DNA of 64,000 nt from Macrostomum lignano (taxonomy: Eukaryota): the NCBI GenBank assembly GCA_002269645.1, contig NIVC01001973.1, forward strand, positions 62,001 to 126,000. The letters run 5' to 3'. The translations under genes were made by a program, and so were the position numbers. Shown here in pieces: positions 1-12,859 of the stretch (position 1 is its first letter; every line of letters starts with the position of its first letter). The notes under the pieces were generated by a model that was given only the letters and a program-made list of their open reading frames with translations, did no database searches and had not been told where the DNA came from.

Positions 1-305
1 GTTGAACAATGGTAGCTTGTTTAGATTGTGCATGGCTGAGTTGAACAATGGTAGCTTGTTTAGATTGTGCATGGCTGAGTTGAACAATGGTAGATTGTTT
101 AGATCGTGCATGGCTGAGTTGAACAATGGTAGCTTGTTTAGATTGTGCATGGCTGAGTTGAACAATGGTAGCTTGTTTAGATTGTGCATGGCTGAGTTGA
201 ACAATGGTAGCTTGTTTAGATTGTGCATGGCTGAGTTGAACAATGGTAGATTGTTTAGATCGTGCATGGCTGAGTTGAGCAATGGTAGATTGTTTAGATT
301 GTGCT
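1..305. repeat. 39-bp tandem repeat (GTTGAACAATGGTAGCTTGTTTAGATTGTGCATGGCTGA), ~8 copies, truncated by the window start
   Basis: Unit recurs directly; ORF 2..307 is just the 13-aa translation of the unit. Confidence 0.97.
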
Positions 306-482
306 AAATGTAAGTACATGTGTACCGGCCTGATTAAGCATCAGGTGTGAATAACGACACTCGGTTTTTCAGTCTCAACTGACGGTATCAGCTGGGGCAT
401 GCAGAGGCTATTCGTAAACCCTGAATCTATGAAGTATTTTCAAGGACTATACTCAAGTACATTATAGAAATAAGAGGCCTAA

Positions 483-613
483 TTTTTTCAGCACAAAAAT
501 TGTAATAGCTTTTGCATGATAGGAGGGAGACCCAGCGATAATGTTTTAGTATGTCTTGCCTTTCTTTTGGGTCTCTCCTATCAAAAGCAATAATAATTTT
601 TGTGTTGAAAAAA
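483..613. repeat. Imperfect inverted repeat/hairpin of a dispersed repeat family
   Basis: 483-534 TTTTTTCAGCACAAAAATTG...GGAGACCCA pairs with 568-613 TGGGTCTCTCC...TTTTTGTGTTGAAAAAA; the 583-643 segment recurs diverged at ~5601-5650. Confidence 0.7.
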
Positions 614-1304
614 CTGAAAACCTCCTATCTCCATAATGCGGTATTGTTACGGTAAAACCTGCCTCCTGAAATGTTCCAAGAAAAGTAGTTTCCTGTCTTT
701 CTGCTTGAGTAGTCCTTGGTACTCTTATGCCGAAGATTTGCTATCAGGAATAACAGTGCTAGATATCGATATGATTATGTGTTATTACATTTGCATGTAC
801 TGAAGTGTGAAACCGCGGTATAGCTATAGCTTACTTACATATCCACGCGTCGAAAATTCTATCTAGATTAGTCAATATTACTCGTAAATTGAAGTAGTAG
901 ATATTATTACGTGTAATTTGACTCTATATGCTATGCTAATACATGAATATATGTGCATTAATGCGCGCGGTCCTGCTCGTGCGCTGTGCGTTCAAGTTTG
1001 TTAAAATTAACCAGAAAATTACGTTTTAGCTAAATGAAACATTTTGGGAACTGCATGCGATTTGGCGCACGTTAGCCGCACATTGCCATCGTTACCATCA
1101 TGGAGAAAGGCGAAGAAATGTGCACGAAAATTTCGCTGGAAGTTTTCAGTAATTAATACTCGATCTCACCTTCCGGACTTATACGCATTCAAGACCCCAT
1201 TCAGCGCTGCACAAAGAGGCAAATCTTTGTTTAGAAAGCACAACTGTACCTTGAGCGTTGACTTTTGTGAGCTGCTAAAAAATTTACACAGAATACCAAC
1301 CAAG

Positions 1305-2335
1305 ATAGAGGCGCCCACTATGAGATAGGGGAACGCCCACCAAGAGACAGGGGGACGCCCACCAAGAGATAGGGGGACGCCCACCAAGAGATAGGGGGAC
1401 GCCCACCAAGAGATAGGGGGACGCCCACCAAGAGACAAGGGGACGCCCACCAAGAGATAGGGGGACGCCCACCAAGAGACAAGGGGACGCCCACCAAGAG
1501 ATAGGGGAACGCCCACCAAGAGATAGGGGGACGCCCACCAAGAGACAGGGGGACGCCCACCAAGAGATAGGGGAACGCCCACCAAGAGACAGGGGCGCCC
1601 ACCAAGAGACAGATGCGCCCACCAAGAGACAGGGGGACGCCCACCAAGAGATAGGGGGACGCCCACCAAGAGACAGGGGCGCCCACCAAGCTAAAGGCGC
1701 CCATCAAGAGGCAGTGGTGCCCCCCAGGGAGGGGCGCCCACCAAGAGACATGGGCGCCCACCAAGAGACAGAGGCGCCCAACAAGAGACAGATCGAGGCA
1801 CCAACCAAGAGACACGGGCGCCCAACCATGAGACAGGGCACCCACCATGAGACAGGGGGTGCCCCAATAGAAGGGCGCCCAACAAGACAGGGACCCCAAC
1901 CAAAAGACAGGGGCGCTCACCAAAAGATAGGGGGCGCCCACCAAGAGACAGGGGCGCCCAACCATGAGACAGGGGCACCAACCCAACAGACAGGGGCGCC
2001 AACCCAAGAAACAGGGGCGCCCACCAAGAGACAGGGGGCGCCAACCCAAGAAACAGGGGCGCCCACTAAGAGACAGGGGGCGCCAACCCAAGAAACAGGG
2101 GCGCCCACCAAGAGACAGGGGCGCTAACCAAGAGACAGGGGCGCCCACCAAGAGATAGGGGCGCCAACCAAGAGACGGGGCGCCCACCAAGAGACAGGGG
2201 GCGCCCACCAAGAGAGAGGGGCGCCAACCAAGAGACAGGGGGCGCCCACCAAGAGACAGGGGCGCCAACCAAGAGACAGGGGATGCCCACCATGAGACAG
2301 GGGCGCCCACCAAGAAACCAAACATTAGCGCCCCT
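1305..2335. repeat. 21-22-bp minisatellite (GGGG(A)CGCCCACCAAGAGA(C/T)AG), GGCGCC-core family
   Basis: Direct repeats; the same unit occurs in reverse orientation at 6828-7010 and 33180-33785. Confidence 0.97.
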
Positions 2336-2389
2336 TAGGGTTGGGGCACCACAAATTAAATCCAATTAGAATTCATACGTACGCCACTG

Positions 2390-2478
2390 AGGCAGACAGG
2401 CAGGCAGACAGACAAACACGGAGACACAGGCGCAGAAAAACAGACAGACAAAATACTTTGAATTTACATCTATGTAGA
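2390..2478 (+). mobile_element. Possible Helentron/HINE (DINE-1-like) 3' end
   Basis: (CAGA)n-type microsatellite followed by TTTACATCTATGTAGA directly after a tandem array; resembles the layout of non-autonomous Helentron derivatives. Pattern recognition only. Confidence 0.35.
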
Positions 2479-3228
2479 ACTCCAAAATTCATGCTCATCT
2501 CAAAATCAACTCACCGAGCTGGTTACTGCTAGAACTGCAACAATCAACTGTCGTAGCCATCTTTGAAACTCCTTCGTGAGCTTCGTCGCATGCTTCATTA
2601 CGATCGGTCATTTCTATAGAACAGCTTTTCGTTGTTGTTACTTCTTCAGTTGAATCGGTGGTCTGGGGGGTCCTGGGAAATTTTTTTAAATCCCCTGTAT
2701 GCAGATCGAACAGCAGACGATCGAATTAACGTCTTATACAGTTTGAGCTTGCAGAACACTGAAAACCTAAATGCAGTAGTTTGATAAACAAGATAATAGA
2801 ATTTATCAGCCAATCAGAATTGAGCTGGATGTCAGCTTTCTCAAAGCTGCACGTTATATAAAAATATAAATGCAGTGAGCTCGGTTCATGCTGCTGCACT
2901 GTGGCCTGAGCCCGAAGGCTTTTTAGGCAATTAAAAGTTATTTCGACTGTAGATCGTGTGAGATCAGCTTGAGATGCTGTCCTGTTTAGGAGACTAGACA
3001 TGACAGTACATATATAATTTGGTTAGCAGACATGTAGATTTTTTTCGATTGCTAAATGCATGCTACGAAATCCAAACTACTTACACTTATATATATATAT
3101 ATATTTATTTTATGCATATTACTTAAAGTAAAAAGTAAGAGAATAACGCTTTTTTTCATTTATCGACTCAAGCGAATCGAAAGCCAAAGTGCAGAGTACA
3201 CCCAATTTTCCTCTAGTCCTTCCTCTAG

Positions 3229-4998
3229 CCCGTCGAACGTTTCACGCGGAATTTTTTCCGGAATTTTGTGATCCGGGCCCGATTTTTAATTGATTTCCGG
3301 GTGAAGGCCCGGATCAGCTTTTTTGGCCCGGAACAGCCCCTTGTTCCGGAAAAAAATCCGGAAATATGATCCGGAAAATTTTCGGGAAAAGGAAAGCTGT
3401 TCCGGTCTGATTTTCCGGAATTTTTCACCCGGAACACTATGGAATTCTGGGTGTAGACCCGAATTTCAGTAGTGTTCCGGGTGAAAATGTTCCGGGTGAG
3501 ATTTCGGGAATTGAGTCGGAATTCTCCAGTGATCCGGACCAACTGATCCGGAAAATTCACCCGGATCAGCTCCCTTGACCCGAATTTCAGCCAAGTTCAA
3601 ATTCACCCGGATCAGCTCCCTTGACCCGAATTTCAGCCAAGTTCCGGGCGAAGCTGATCCGGGAAAATTTCGGGACTTGAGTCGGAATTCCCTAGTGATC
3701 CGGAAAATTCACCCGGATCAGCTCCCTTGACCCGAATTTCAGCCAAGTTCCGGGCGAAGCTGATCCGGGAAAATTTCGGGACTTGAGTCGGAATTCCCTA
3801 GTGATCCGGACCAAATAATCCGGAAAATTCACCCGGATCAGCTCCCTTGACCCGAATTTCAGCCAAGTTCCGGGCGAAGCTGATCCGGGAAAATTTCGGG
3901 ACTTGAGTCGGAATCAATCCGGCATCCATTATATAAGTTCCATGGGGATTTTGAGAGGAAGCCTCCGATGGAAAACCGCTGAATACAGACCCCAGCAAAT
4001 GGCTATCCCATCAGGCAATCCCTGGCATCCATTTGGTCAACGGCGCTAATTCCTCTTGGAAAGCGAGGGGTAATAAAGCCTCGAAATTGCAATGTGAATT
4101 GATCTGCTTTTCGGCGGCTCTGTAGCGTCCGTAATGTGAGGCTGAGCCCATCCTCCGTACAGGTGACAATTGAAAAATTGTTGCGCCCTGTTTGTGTGCG
4201 AGAGGTTTGACTTCCACTGGCATGTAGTCTATCACAGCTGCTGAGTGTGTCAACGGGCTGAATGATTCTATCGTCATATTTGACGCTTAGAAGCATAAAA
4301 TCAGCCAACCATATTGTTTGGCACAGCTGGGTGTCTAGACGGAGACTGTAGCATGGTTCCAAATAGCTCTAACTGGCCCAGTATGCAAAGCAGCTCTCCT
4401 ATTAAGATAGACGCTAATCCGATTTTTGTCGGTACATGCTTCCAGTGGTTTGTCTAAGGCGTTTGCAGTTGCACCAGCCGTGAGCAGATCACGTCTAGAG
4501 TAGTCTATACGGACTACTATGGTCGGTAACCATATCGTGTGGCTCAAGGCAGCTGATAAGCTGACCTGCGATGGATAATCAATCCTCGCTTCTGTTGTGG
4601 CTCAAGGCAGCTGATAAGCTGACCTGCGATGGATAATCAATCCTCGCTTCTGTTGTGGCTCAAGGCAGCTGATAAGCTGACCTGCGATGGATAATCAATC
4701 CTCGCCCGGAATTGTGTGTTGATCCGGTTTTCGTCGCCCGGAATTTAGCCCGGATTTGTGTGCTGATCCGTTCCACTCGCCCGGATCGCACCCGGAACAG
4801 TCACCGGATTTTTTTTAGCGATCCGGGTCTATTTTCCGGAATTTTTCTTTTTGATCCGGAAATTTCGCCCGGATTCTGTAAACTTTCGTTACAGATCCGG
4901 AATTTCCACCCGGATCAGATTGCATTACTGGAATAGAAAAAAATTCCGGGTGAACGCAAAAAATTCCGGGCGAAATTCCGGGTGAAAAGTTCGACGGG
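3229..4998. mobile_element. Non-autonomous CMC/EnSpm-like DNA transposon with CCGG-rich subterminal repeats
   Basis: Left end CCCGTCGAACGTTTCACGCGGAATTT; right end reverse-complements to CCCGTCGAACTTTTCACCCGGAATTT. AG on both flanks (3227-3228, 4999-5000) is a 2-bp TSD. CCGGA-rich arrays at 3248-3925 and 4706-4990. Confidence 0.75.
4538..4705. repeat. 3 x 58-bp tandem repeat inside the CMC-like element
   Basis: TGTGGCTCAAGGCAGCTGATAAG... starts at 4538, 4596 and 4654. Confidence 0.95.
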
Positions 4999-5073
4999 AG
5001 TCTTTTCCTCTGGTTCCTCTTGGTTGGGGTCCCTCTGGACAAAGCTGCTTCTTGTCCACTCACCACGGGATAG

Positions 5074-6769
5074 CGACGTTTGCCTGCGGGACGTTTGCCA
5101 GCCGACATTTGCCAGCCGACGTTTGCCAGCCGACGTTTGCCAGTGGGACGTTTGCCAGCCGAAGTTTGCCTGCCGGACGTTTGCCAGCCGACGTTTGCCT
5201 GCGAGACGTTTGCCAGCCGACATTTGCCAGCCGACGTTTGCCAGCCGACGTTTGCCAGCGGGACGTTTGCCAGCCGAAGTTTGCCTGCCGGACGTTTGCC
5301 TGCCGGACGTTTGCCAGCCGACGTTTGCCAGCCGACGTTTGCCTGCCGGAAGTTTGCCAGCCAAAATTTGCTAGCCAATATAAAGCCAGTCAGTGAAAAA
5401 TTTGATACTGAAACATTCGCAGTTTAGCGGTTTGACAAAAACCGTTTTTACTCCAACTTTTTGACGGTTATTCGCATGTATACAAGTTTGAAAGCAAAAT
5501 ATATAAATTGTGCAGTTCATCAGTCTAACGTCTAATATCTAGTTTAAAAACGATTTTGGCACAACATATCAAAAGATGAACATTAGGTTTGCCTCGTATG
5601 AAAGCAATAACAATTGTTGTGCTGAAAAGATGAAAACTTCCTATCTCCCTATGGCCTTCAAAACATTTTTCATAGATTTCGAGTGCTGCGTACTTCTACT
5701 TTAGTAGTCCTTGGCATGACTAAGCTTTGCATACGTAGTGTCTAGCGCTTGCTATTCTACTAGCTTGCTACTGGCGGCTTGTCTGGCTATTCAGCTATAT
5801 AGCTTACTATAAAAACGTACCGCATTCGACTCGTCTACACATGTACGTTGAGATCGCGGTTTCCTTGCTTACTTGAGTAGTAATACAACAGAATTGGAAT
5901 CAATTTGCTTACTTTTAGATCTCCCAATGAACTGAGAAATATATGAGCCAGAATTACCGCTCAGCAGCTCTTTTTGTTTGCCTCATAACTTAACCGCTGG
6001 AGATTCCCATTGTAATCTGCGCGTCTTCTTTCGCACATCAAAAATCAAACATCTCAAACTGGGAAAAACGATACACAATTGTCAAAAGTAAACAATATTT
6101 TCACATTCAAAGAAAATCGTTGTTAAACTGGGTATTAGATGTAAATCTATATAAATTGCATAATTTATATAGATTTTGCATAAATTTCATAATTTATAGA
6201 TTTTGCTTTCAAACTTGTATATATGCGAATAACCGTCAAAAAGTTGGAGTAAAAACGGTTTTTGTCAAACCGCTAAACTGCGAATGTTTCAGTATCAAAT
6301 TTTTCACTAACTGGCTTTATATTGGCTAGCAAATTTTGGCTGGCAAACTTCCGGCAGGCAAACGTCGGCTGGCAAACGTCGGCTGGCAAACGTCCGGCAG
6401 GCAAACGTCGGCTGGCAAATGTCGGCTGGCAAACGTCCGACTGGCAAACGTCCCGCTGGCAAACGTCGGCTGGCAAATGTCGGCTGGCAAATGTCGGCTG
6501 GCAAACGTCCGACTGGCAAACGTCCCGCTGGCAAACGTCGGCTGGCAAACGTCGGCTGGCAAATGTCGGCTGGCAAATGTCGGCTGGCAAACGTCGGCTG
6601 GCAAACGTCGGCTGGCAAACGTCCCGCAGGCAAACGTCCGGCAGGCAAACTTCGGCTGGCAAACGTCCCGCTGGCAAACGTCGGCTGGCAAACGTCGGCT
6701 GGCAAATGTCGGCTGGCAAACGTCCCGCAGGCAAACGTGGGCTGGCAAACGTCCCGCAGGCAAACGTCG
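5074..6769. mobile_element. Foldback element with satellite-bearing inverted arms
   Basis: 14-15-bp array (GCCAGCCGACGTTT) plus ~160 bp of unique sequence at 5074-5510 is the reverse complement of ~6200-6769; ends CGACG...CGTCG; TAG on both flanks (5071-5073, 6770-6772). Confidence 0.75.
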
Positions 6770-6774
6770 TAGAC

Positions 6775-7375
6775 CCACTCACCACATCTCTTGTCCACTC
6801 ACCCACACTTGTCCCCCTGGCGCCCCCTGTCTCTTGGTGGGCGCCCCTGTTTCTTGGGTTGGCGCCCCCTGTCTCTTGGTGGGCGCCCCTGTTTCTTGTG
6901 TTGGCGCCCCTGTCTGTTGGGTTGGCGCCCCTGTCTCATGGTTGGGCGCCCCTGTCTCTTGGTGGGCGCCCCCTATCTCTTGGTGAGCGCCCCTGTCTCT
7001 TGGTTGGGGTCCCTCTGGACAAAGCTGCTTCTTGTCCACTCACCTACATCTCTTGTCCACTCACATACACATATATTGTCCATCCACCGATAGCTCTTGT
7101 CCACCCACCGATAGCTCTTTGCCACCCACCGATAGCTCTTGTCCACCCACCGATAGCTCTTTGCCACCCACCGATATCTCTTGTCCATCCACCGATATCT
7201 CTTGTCTACCAACCGAAATCTCTTGTCCACTCACCGATATCTCTTGTCCACCCACCGATATCTCTTGTCCACTCACCACATCTCTTGTCCACTCACCACA
7301 TCTCTTGTCCACTCACCCACATTTCTTGTCCACTCACCACATCTCTTGTCCATTCACCACGTCTCTTGTCCACTA
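6775..7375. repeat. Compound minisatellite: GGCGCC-family array (6828-7010) plus 20-22-bp TCTTGTCCACTCACC array
   Basis: Direct repeats; the 47-bp junction 6998-7044 is identical to 5018-5064. Confidence 0.93.
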
Positions 7376-8606
7376 CTGCACTCACCGATACTGCACTCAC
7401 TACTGCACTTATCCAATCACCGATATTGGTGTTTACAATGCTTTTTCATTTCGTTTCAAATGTGATCTTTACTACATAGCATTTCTTTGTGTATTATTAC
7501 GCATTTTTGTATCTTTTGAATAATTTAACATAGATACTAGAAAATCTACTCGTCGTTCTATTTTTGTTCGTTGCGTATTAGTTTCACTAGAGTACGAGCT
7601 AGTATAGAATATTAAAAGATGTGACCTCAATTTCTAGCAAAGTGTACGCTTTTCGATAGCAATATTAATATAACATAAATCTACGCCAAAGTTTTCAACC
7701 CCAAGTGTATCCTGACTAACACAGTCTCTTAACGTACACGATTGTTGTCGCATTTCAGACAGAACAAGGAAGTAGGCAGCGCGTTTGGAAGTACATTCAG
7801 CATCCTTTTACAGTCCCCGTGGTAAACAAGTGGCAGCTTTAATCCAACTCAGCCATACGCCCATAACTCCCCCCTCTCTCCTCACCTGCAGCCTAAGCTA
7901 GGGACTAATTGTGACACAAACTGCATCCACCCACAGTTGACACGAGAACCGCACTGAAAGCGTGATGTGAATTGCGTCACTTGGTGCTGAAATCTGAAAA
8001 TGTTGATCTCTGATTTCTAGTTGGAAATGTTGCTGCTGAGTGTATCAGCATTAGTTTGGTGTAGCACGGATATATTCACCTATACTATAAAATTATAAAT
8101 AGGACTTGACGCCGTTACAAAAACTGCAGATGGAAATTAGTACATTTTCTGCATTGACGTCATATGGGCACGCGCTTCTACTGTAAATAGCTGTACTGTA
8201 ACTGCACCGTCTGTCTACCCACCATTTTCGCGCACACTGCACTGCCATTTTATTTTTGCTAGCAGAGGCAAATAGCTGTGCACTCGTAATATACGTCGTA
8301 GAATAGAAGGCACAGCTCGTATAGAAGCGGCCCCTCAGAAACGAAAAATCTATAAAATAGGCGCAGACTAAATAGTGAATATAGTCAAGTTCTATTGTTC
8401 TTTCGTAGTACTTAACTAAATATGTACATGTACGTAAATGCTGCCTGCTATTGAAGCAGAACGACGTACGTACATGTATGTTATCTGTTATTCTGTACTA
8501 CTATCAAGTACGCTGTATACATTGCAGTCATGCAGAATGTGGTGTGAGGTTTCTTTTGAGCTGGACCACTACTATAGGTTATATTTAAATGTTGCCGAGT
8601 TATATA

Positions 8607-9055
8607 CTCAGCAACAGCTAACCCCCCCCCCCCCAACTCACGCTGTCACACGGCCCAAAAGTTTTGTATGCCATCGGTGACTCAGAAATGTGTGAAGGCT
8701 GCCGCCGCCAGACGCGAGCGCAAAGTGCGGCATGGGGGATTTGGGGAGGGGGTGGCGCAACTCAAAGTCTCCAGACATGAACCCCATCGAGCATGTCTGG
8801 GACTTTGTAAAGCGAAGAGTTCAGCAGGATGCCCCACAGAATGCTGAACAGGCGACTGGCGGTGCTGAATGCCTGGCAGCAGCTGCCCCAAGAGTTCATC
8901 AACCGGCTGGTGATCAGGATGCCACGACGAGTCACGGCACTTTTGCATGCTCGTGGTTCCTACACACGATACTGAGACTAGAATTAAAGACATTGCTTAA
9001 CTTTTGTGCCCGTGTGACAGCGTGAGTTGGGGGGGGGGGTTTAGCTGTTGCTGAG
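8607..9055 (+). mobile_element. Internally deleted Tc1/mariner element with a frameshifted transposase C-terminus
   Basis: ~55-bp TIRs (CTCAGCAACAGCTAA(C)nAACTCACGCTGTCACACGG..CAAAAGTT) flanked by TA. Internal translation KSPDMNPIEHVWDFVKRRV matches the Tc1 DDE motif SPDLNPIE; after a frameshift it reads NAWQQLPQEFINRLVIRMPRRVTALLHARGSYTRY*, a typical Tc1 C-terminus. Confidence 0.9.
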
Positions 9056-10343
9056 TATATTGCTGAAAGTGAAACTCAAGCTAAGATGGACAGATCTAAG
9101 ATCTAAAACATGGTATCCTCAACGTTAGCAAAAACACATGCTATCCTTTAATATAAAACCAAGCATCCGGTTTGGACGATCAATGCGAGCTTGCCAAGCT
9201 CGACTAAACCCACTAAATACTATGATAAATAACGCGTGACCTTTCTTCGTACCCAGTAAATTTAATACGATAAACCTACGAATACGATTGATAATTATTG
9301 TTTGACTTAATTAGCTGCTCCGGTTCTGACAATTATTCACACGCTTTCAGTTCACTCTCGGCTTGGGCGGTGAAATGGATGCTTTCTGTTTATCGCAATG
9401 GGAATGGGATGCAATGCAGTTTTGCTACACAACAAAGAAGTGACTGCATGAGCTGTAAGCAACATTGAGAATAGTTCTCAACCATGACTATTGCATTACT
9501 CATCCAAATAATGCTAGGTTAATTTAACTCATACATTGTTTCACATATAGGCGTGACAAAGTCTTGCATGCATGCGGCTTTGCCATACATCTACATGTAT
9601 GTAAAAAAACTACAAAAAGCTGTCAGCTGTTTCTAAGGCCAAGCAGTGCGCTTAATCCGTGTTAGGAAAGTGGAAAGGAAGCAGTAATGGCCAGTGAGTA
9701 CACAAGACCCACGACAGCTATTCGTTGTTCCAACCTTATTGGACAGTGAGGCAATGTACAGCAGCACGGGGGACAGGGTGATTCAGTTTGCTAAATTTAG
9801 AGGCGCATACACAGAGATAGATTTCCATGGAACCCTGGGCTGGGTATACATACAGAGCAATTTAACCCCAATGCAGTAAGGCCAACGACTAAACTAGACG
9901 AAGCGATCAATAAACCCAGTGTACAACCTAGCTTCACTATCAGCCCCAACACCCCTCAGCGTGTACATCCACTGGAGGAGTAATGTACATTTAGAACTTG
10001 CATCAAGTATCAGCTGACTCGGGCGGAGCAAGGGACGAAAAATTTTCCAAGCTGCCCTTAGACCCTTACCCCCCAGTCCCGGTTCATTTAAAATAAGGTC
10101 CGCGGCAATCTTCAGAGGCTATCAGTCTGTAAGAGAGCTTTTCTTAGCGTTTGTGGCGGTTGCTTTATCGCCGCGCTTGTACACTACTAGTGGGCTTTCC
10201 TGCTTGCGTTTGCTTGTCAGTTTCTTTACTAGTTCCGTCCGCCAACGCCACTCCTTTGCTAAATAATTTAGAGTAGCAGTAGTTACTACTTACTTGCTCC
10301 TACTCTCACTACTGAGGCAATTTCATTTTTTTCAAAGAAATAA

Positions 10344-10787
<444 letters not shown>

Positions 10788-11679
10788 TGTGACATGTTGT
10801 TGGTTAATCAATTTTCATGGAAAATGGTTTCAGTTTTTTCTGTTAAAATGACATTGTATGTACTATTTTTCAGAGTTCTTCTCGTTGATTGTTGATGCAA
10901 ATGATTGCCTGCTTTAAATTCGCGCCAATTATTTGTTATACTACTTACTTGTTACTAATAGTAACAAAAACAGCAAGAAAAGAAAATATTTGTGTTAATT
11001 TAAAAAAGCTACCAAATCTAAACTTACTGTATTGCATTGTTATTATTAATAACAATATAGGGTTCCATCAATATAAGTAATAACTGTGTTGTTGATTTAA
11101 AGTATGTTATTGACAAGTAATTGATGAATTACCATACTTAACTCTACTAACATATAAGAAACTTCCCTGATGAAATGATATATTAATGTCAGAATTTGTA
11201 AATAAAGTGCAAGCAGACTTTTTTCCTTCATGTATTTTTCCTATATCTGCAGAACAGAGTATATAGTTAGTAATTATGCAACTTATTATATTAACTGTGA
11301 ACAATACCCCAAAGTATCTATATCTCCTTATTTAAATTTTAATGAGATCTGCTTACACCTTGCGTTTATAGTCTACTGTACATTTACATGTATGTTTCCA
11401 ATGTGTACAAGAAAGAGAATAATTGTTATATTATATAAATGCTTTCTATTCAGCTAATTATAATGTATATTTAACACTTAATACTACTTATATATATCCA
11501 TCTTGTATAGTAACTTATTCATCTAAGCTGTAGCTATAATAATTATTAATGCGTCGGAGCAAGTTTTCCTGCGAGTCTTTGTTGCACAAAAATAAGAGTT
11601 TATTAAACTTTTACTTGGCTTTTTCATTTCGATGAAAACTAAATTTTATCTTTGCTCATGGATACATGCACTTGTTTGC

Positions 11680-12080
11680 TGGGCCACCCCCCAGCCTCCC
11701 AGGATGCTCAGTTTCTGGGTCAGCCTCCTATATCCCTAGTTGCTAGGCCAGCCTCCTAGATCCTCCGTTGCTGGGCCAGCCTCCCATGATGCTCAGTTTC
11801 TGGGTCAGCCTCCCATATCCCCAGTTTCTAGGCCAGCCTCCCAGATCCTCAGTTGCTGGGCAAGCCTCCCACCAGATCCCCGGTTGCTAGGCCAGCCTCC
11901 CAGATCCCCAGTTGCTGGGCCAGCCTCCCAGATCCCCGGTTGCTAGGCCAGCCTCCCAGATCCCCGGTTGCTAGGCCAGCCTCCCAGATCCCCAGTTGCT
12001 GGGCCAGCCTCCCAGATCCCCAGTTGCTAGGCCAGCCTCCCAGATCCTCAGTTGCTGGGCCAGCCTCCCAGATCCTCGCA
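11680..12080. repeat. 28-bp minisatellite (GCT(A/G)GGCCAGCCTCCCAGATCCCC(A/G)GTT)
   Basis: Direct repeats, degenerate at the left end. Confidence 0.95.
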
Positions 12081-12859
12081 GCTACGAGCCTTTAAAATCT
12101 ATAAAAATTAAAAAATATCGCGTCAAAAATAATTAGCAAGACAATATTATTCTCTCAAACATTGCGAACAAAATTTACGTTTTTGGGTTTTTATTTTCAC
12201 ATTGTTGAATTTTTTGGTGCGCAGACAAGAGGGACCAGTTGAATAATTATTAGATAATTCGTGCATTAATCCGATTGTACTGTTGAGGAAAAATTATACT
12301 TACATAGCTTTATTATAGTGGCGATTAACAAACAATAGCACAGGTGAATTATATTATTTATATATATACGTTGTTTGCTTATACTTAAAATGTCTGTGCA
12401 TTAGTGTGCAGTTGCGTAACATTGTGCTCAATTTAGCAAGTTTATTTGATAAACAGTAGATATCGAGCGTATTTAAAATTATTTATTCATCTAATTACTC
12501 TTGTACATTTATAATACAATGCGTTTCAATTAGTCTACTATTAGTAGGCATAATTCAAAAATAGATGTCAAAATTTAAATTGGGACAGAAGTATATATTT
12601 TAATTATGGGGCGTCCACAGCCAACAAAGCTTTGTTAATGGCTGTTTAGAGATTATTTAGAAATCAGGTGGACAATAAAACATGCATATTATAGATATTG
12701 AAGCTCGTTAAAACAAATACGACATAAATGAGCACAAGTAGAGTCAAGACTGTCGGGCATTGTTGATACACGTTTTCTAAATTTAAATCCAGAAGGTCTG
12801 ATTCAATAGCAACTTTGGTGGATTACGACAGATTGGCTTCTGTTTGGAGAAGCAGCCAG

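Noticed and set aside
1712-2389. hAT-like element CAGTGGTG...CGCCACTG
   Set aside because: Very short terminal match and no 8-bp TSD.
1044-7523. Many overlapping ORFs (e.g. 6322..7479, 1318..2325)
   Set aside because: All derive from minisatellites and foldback arms; open in several frames with no domain signature.
7886-7993. Possible isolated minus-strand exon (ttttcag|...CTGCAG|gtgag; FQHQVTQFTSRFQCGSRVNCGWMQF...)
   Set aside because: No recognisable protein and no partner exons; indistinguishable from chance without RNA data.
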